A stretch of DNA of 64,000 nt from positions 1 through 64,000 of the forward strand of contig JBHJGN010000022.1 in NCBI GenBank assembly GCA_050331735.1, written 5' to 3'. The position numbers were made by a program, and so were the translations under genes. Shown piece by piece: positions 62,256-64,000 of this stretch (positions within the stretch are counted from its first letter, which is position 1; every line of letters begins with the position of its first letter). Origin of the DNA: Cyanophyceae cyanobacterium. Its GTDB lineage: Bacteria > Cyanobacteriota > Cyanobacteriia > Cyanobacteriales > JBHJGN01. The notes beneath the pieces were generated by a model. That model was given only the letters and a program-made list of their open reading frames with translations, searched no databases and had not been told where the DNA came from.

Positions 62256-62370
62256 AGGGAAGGGGGAAAGCAGCTTGCGCTGCGGGCCAAGGGGAAGGGG
62301 GAAAGGGGAATAAATTAGCTTGTTCCTTAATTAAGTGTTCTTTCCCCGTCGCGGACGCGACAATCTCCCC
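62256..62370. repeat. Inverted copy of the repeat element, right of the GH15 gene
   Basis: Reverse complement matches GTCGCG..CGCGAC, GGGGAAAGAACACTTAAT(T)TAAGGAACAAGCTAATTTATT and CCCTTGGCCCGCAGCGCAAGCTGCTTTCC at 60164-60352. Confidence 0.85.
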
Positions 62371-62372
62371 TA

Positions 62373-62855
62373 TCAGGAAGTTCCAAACTTGGTGAGCCAT
62401 TCTTCCCGCGAAATCTGCCCCTGTTTATGAGAAATGGGGGTCACTTTATGTTGCTGTGGCTGACGGCGGAAGCTGGCTTTCGACTGGCTTTTCCGCCACA
62501 GGTCGCGTCCTAGGCCAAATTTAGAGCAGCAGCGTCTTAAACACTGCGCCTCGACGTTGGTGGTGGGTGAGCCGTAGTTGCTCGTATCGATATTTTCATC
62601 TCCGGTCGCCTGACGAGAGAGACGGCGATCGCTGCCAATCACGGTTAATTCCCATGTCTGCGTTAGCTTATTGCCAATTTGCTGACAGTCGATCTGCTTC
62701 CACTCCCAGCCATCGATACCGCAGCGCTCGTCGAGGAGATCGCACAACACATACCAGGAAACATAACTAATATCCGTCCCGCTGAGTCTTTTGGTACTCA
62801 GAGAACGATTGGGAATGGGGTGGTGAAGTCGTTCGAGGATTTCGGCGAGTTGCAT
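62373..62855 (-). CDS. Rad52/Rad22-family ssDNA annealing protein
   Basis: L..PIP...LSTK..SG..ISYVSW....LD.....GWEW and R.ATG.E.....YGSP..N.EAQ.LRR.CSKFGLG..LW. Start taken at ATG 62855. Confidence 0.8.
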   Translation of the reverse strand: MQLAEILERLHHPIPNRSLSTKRLSGTDISYVSWYVLCDLLDERCGIDGWEWKQIDCQQIGNKLTQTWELTVIGSDRRLSRQATGDENIDTSNYGSPTTNVEAQCLRRCCSKFGLGRDLWRKSQSKASFRRQPQQHKVTPISHKQGQISREEWLTKFGTS

Positions 62856-62920
62856 ACGGATTCTGCCCAAACAGTCAAGTTTTTCCAAGTATCGGCTTCT
62901 CAAATAAAAAGCCTTGTTTA

Positions 62921-62936
62921 TAGTATATATGTACTA
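62921..62936 (-). promoter_or_regulatory. Putative cyanobacterial LexA box overlapping a TATACT -10 element
   Basis: The minus strand reads AGTACATATATACT, one mismatch to RGTAC-NNND-GTWCB, ~66 bp upstream of the Rad52-like ATG. Confidence 0.65.
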
Positions 62937-62954
62937 CTGCTTGACTGCTTCCCG

Positions 62955-63830
62955 TTAGTCACCAAGCGTTTCCAACCAAACCTGTAAATCAGCCAGGCTG
63001 CTAAAGTCGAGCAGGGCTTCGCCCAGTTTTTCTAACTGCTCTAAAGACAAAGCTTCCACTTGCTGACGGACTTTCTGGGGTAATTCTCCGACCCGTCGAG
63101 TGAGTAATCGGAAAATGAGCGATCGCTCTCCCTCTTGTCGTCCCTCTTGTCGTCCCTCTTGTCGTCCTTCTTCGCGTCCCTCTTGCTTAATTTCCCGGTA
63201 GACTTTGGTTTCCTTTAGAGTAATTCCTAGCATTTGTTCCACTTCCCGCTGATTTAAGCGCTCGAACTTATAGATAATGATCGTCGTTATTAGCTCTATG
63301 ATGGCACGACTAACAGCTTCGGGCTGTTCAGCCGAGGAACGCTCTAGCAAATATCTGGCTTCCTCTACTGCTTGGCTTTCCTCTACCGTAGTCAGCATCA
63401 ACAGCGCGACCCACACAGGTAATTGACGGATATTCCCTAACTCGTCTAGATAAATGCGATGAAATTGTGGGCTGCGGAGTAATCCCCGATGGGGGTAAAG
63501 ATCATTTTGTTCGATATTGCGGGAAGGATAAATGATAACGGCTTGCCAATCGCTAAATCGGTCCCGGTTCCGGTAGAAATATAAGGAGGATTCTGCCCAT
63601 ACTCTTTCATACAGCCTTTCATCCTTCTGGAACTGGACCTCACAAAAATAGACGACCCCCGGCTCTGTTTCCGGTGGCAGGAATACTCCATCGATTTCAA
63701 ATTTGGGTTCTTTGATAGCGACGCATTCAAATCTGTATTGAGAAGCATTTTCTGGAGGATTAGCTAATAGTTCAAAGAGTAAAGCGGGGTATTGTTGAAA
63801 GAGTTTGTAAAAGATTGAATCTCGACGCAC
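62955..63830 (-). CDS. Rpn-family (DUF2887 + DUF4351) putative nuclease
   Basis: MRRDSIFYKLF, IDGVFLP, EVQFQ.D, (Q/E)EGR repeats and C-terminal LE.LGEALLDF..L.DL..WL. Confidence 0.88.
   Translation of the reverse strand: MRRDSIFYKLFQQYPALLFELLANPPENASQYRFECVAIKEPKFEIDGVFLPPETEPGVVYFCEVQFQKDERLYERVWAESSLYFYRNRDRFSDWQAVIIYPSRNIEQNDLYPHRGLLRSPQFHRIYLDELGNIRQLPVWVALLMLTTVEESQAVEEARYLLERSSAEQPEAVSRAIIELITTIIIYKFERLNQREVEQMLGITLKETKVYREIKQEGREEGRQEGRQEGRQEGERSLIFRLLTRRVGELPQKVRQQVEALSLEQLEKLGEALLDFSSLADLQVWLETLGD
63129..63185. repeat. 12-bp coding tandem repeat (QEGR) in the Rpn gene
   Basis: TCCCTCTTGTCG x3 plus degenerate units. Confidence 0.8.
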
Positions 63831-64000
63831 GAAGTAGCTTATCTGCTTTTTGATGTGTTATCTATAGTGTCAGTGTCTAGCAAAACAGAAAAAATATCAA
63901 TTTGACCAAGCGACTAGCAAACTGTTCAAGTTAGTCCTGCAAGCAGAGAATTGTTTGGCAGATAAGAGACTTGCCCCTGTTAGTCAAGCAAATTCTGCTG

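Noticed and set aside
1..64000. CRISPR array, tRNA/rRNA, prophage or integron
   Set aside because: No regularly spaced repeat-spacer units, cloverleafs, rRNA, integrase or phage structural genes were seen. The frequent GCGATCGC is ordinary HIP1.

Overview
Chromosomal window from a cyanobacterium, judged by the very frequent HIP1 octamer GCGATCGC, an rnpB, ndhP and STRR-type heptamer repeats. The first ~40 kb is mostly housekeeping: ackA-xfp, mtnA, codB, clpB, glycerate kinase, corA-rnpB-rnc, a sensor kinase, a peptide ABC binding protein, mfd, ndhP and a selD fusion. It also holds an ISAs1 remnant and two copies of a ~140-bp MITE-like element. From ~39.7 kb on is a stress/signalling region with ChaB-like, Dps, an OrrA-like NarL regulator inside a six-gene two-component cluster and a tandem ribbon-helix-helix protein. 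Next come a 1.2-kb gap rich in RNA structure and two receiver-thioredoxin-reductase-like paralogs (one with a degenerate receiver) flanking a cNMP-binding kinase and a variant rpe. The region ends with a CARDB-vanadium haloperoxidase-like gene with a highly structured leader, a GH15 gene bracketed by inverted repeats, and a Rad52/22-like gene with a LexA-like box. The best novelty candidates are the riboswitch-like leader at 57.3 kb, the structured RNAs at 49.6-50.3 kb, the paired active/pseudo receiver-flavoreductase module, and a recurring TCTnnC-N4-GnnAGA promoter palindrome. All calls come from reading the sequence by eye; no searches or folding were run.
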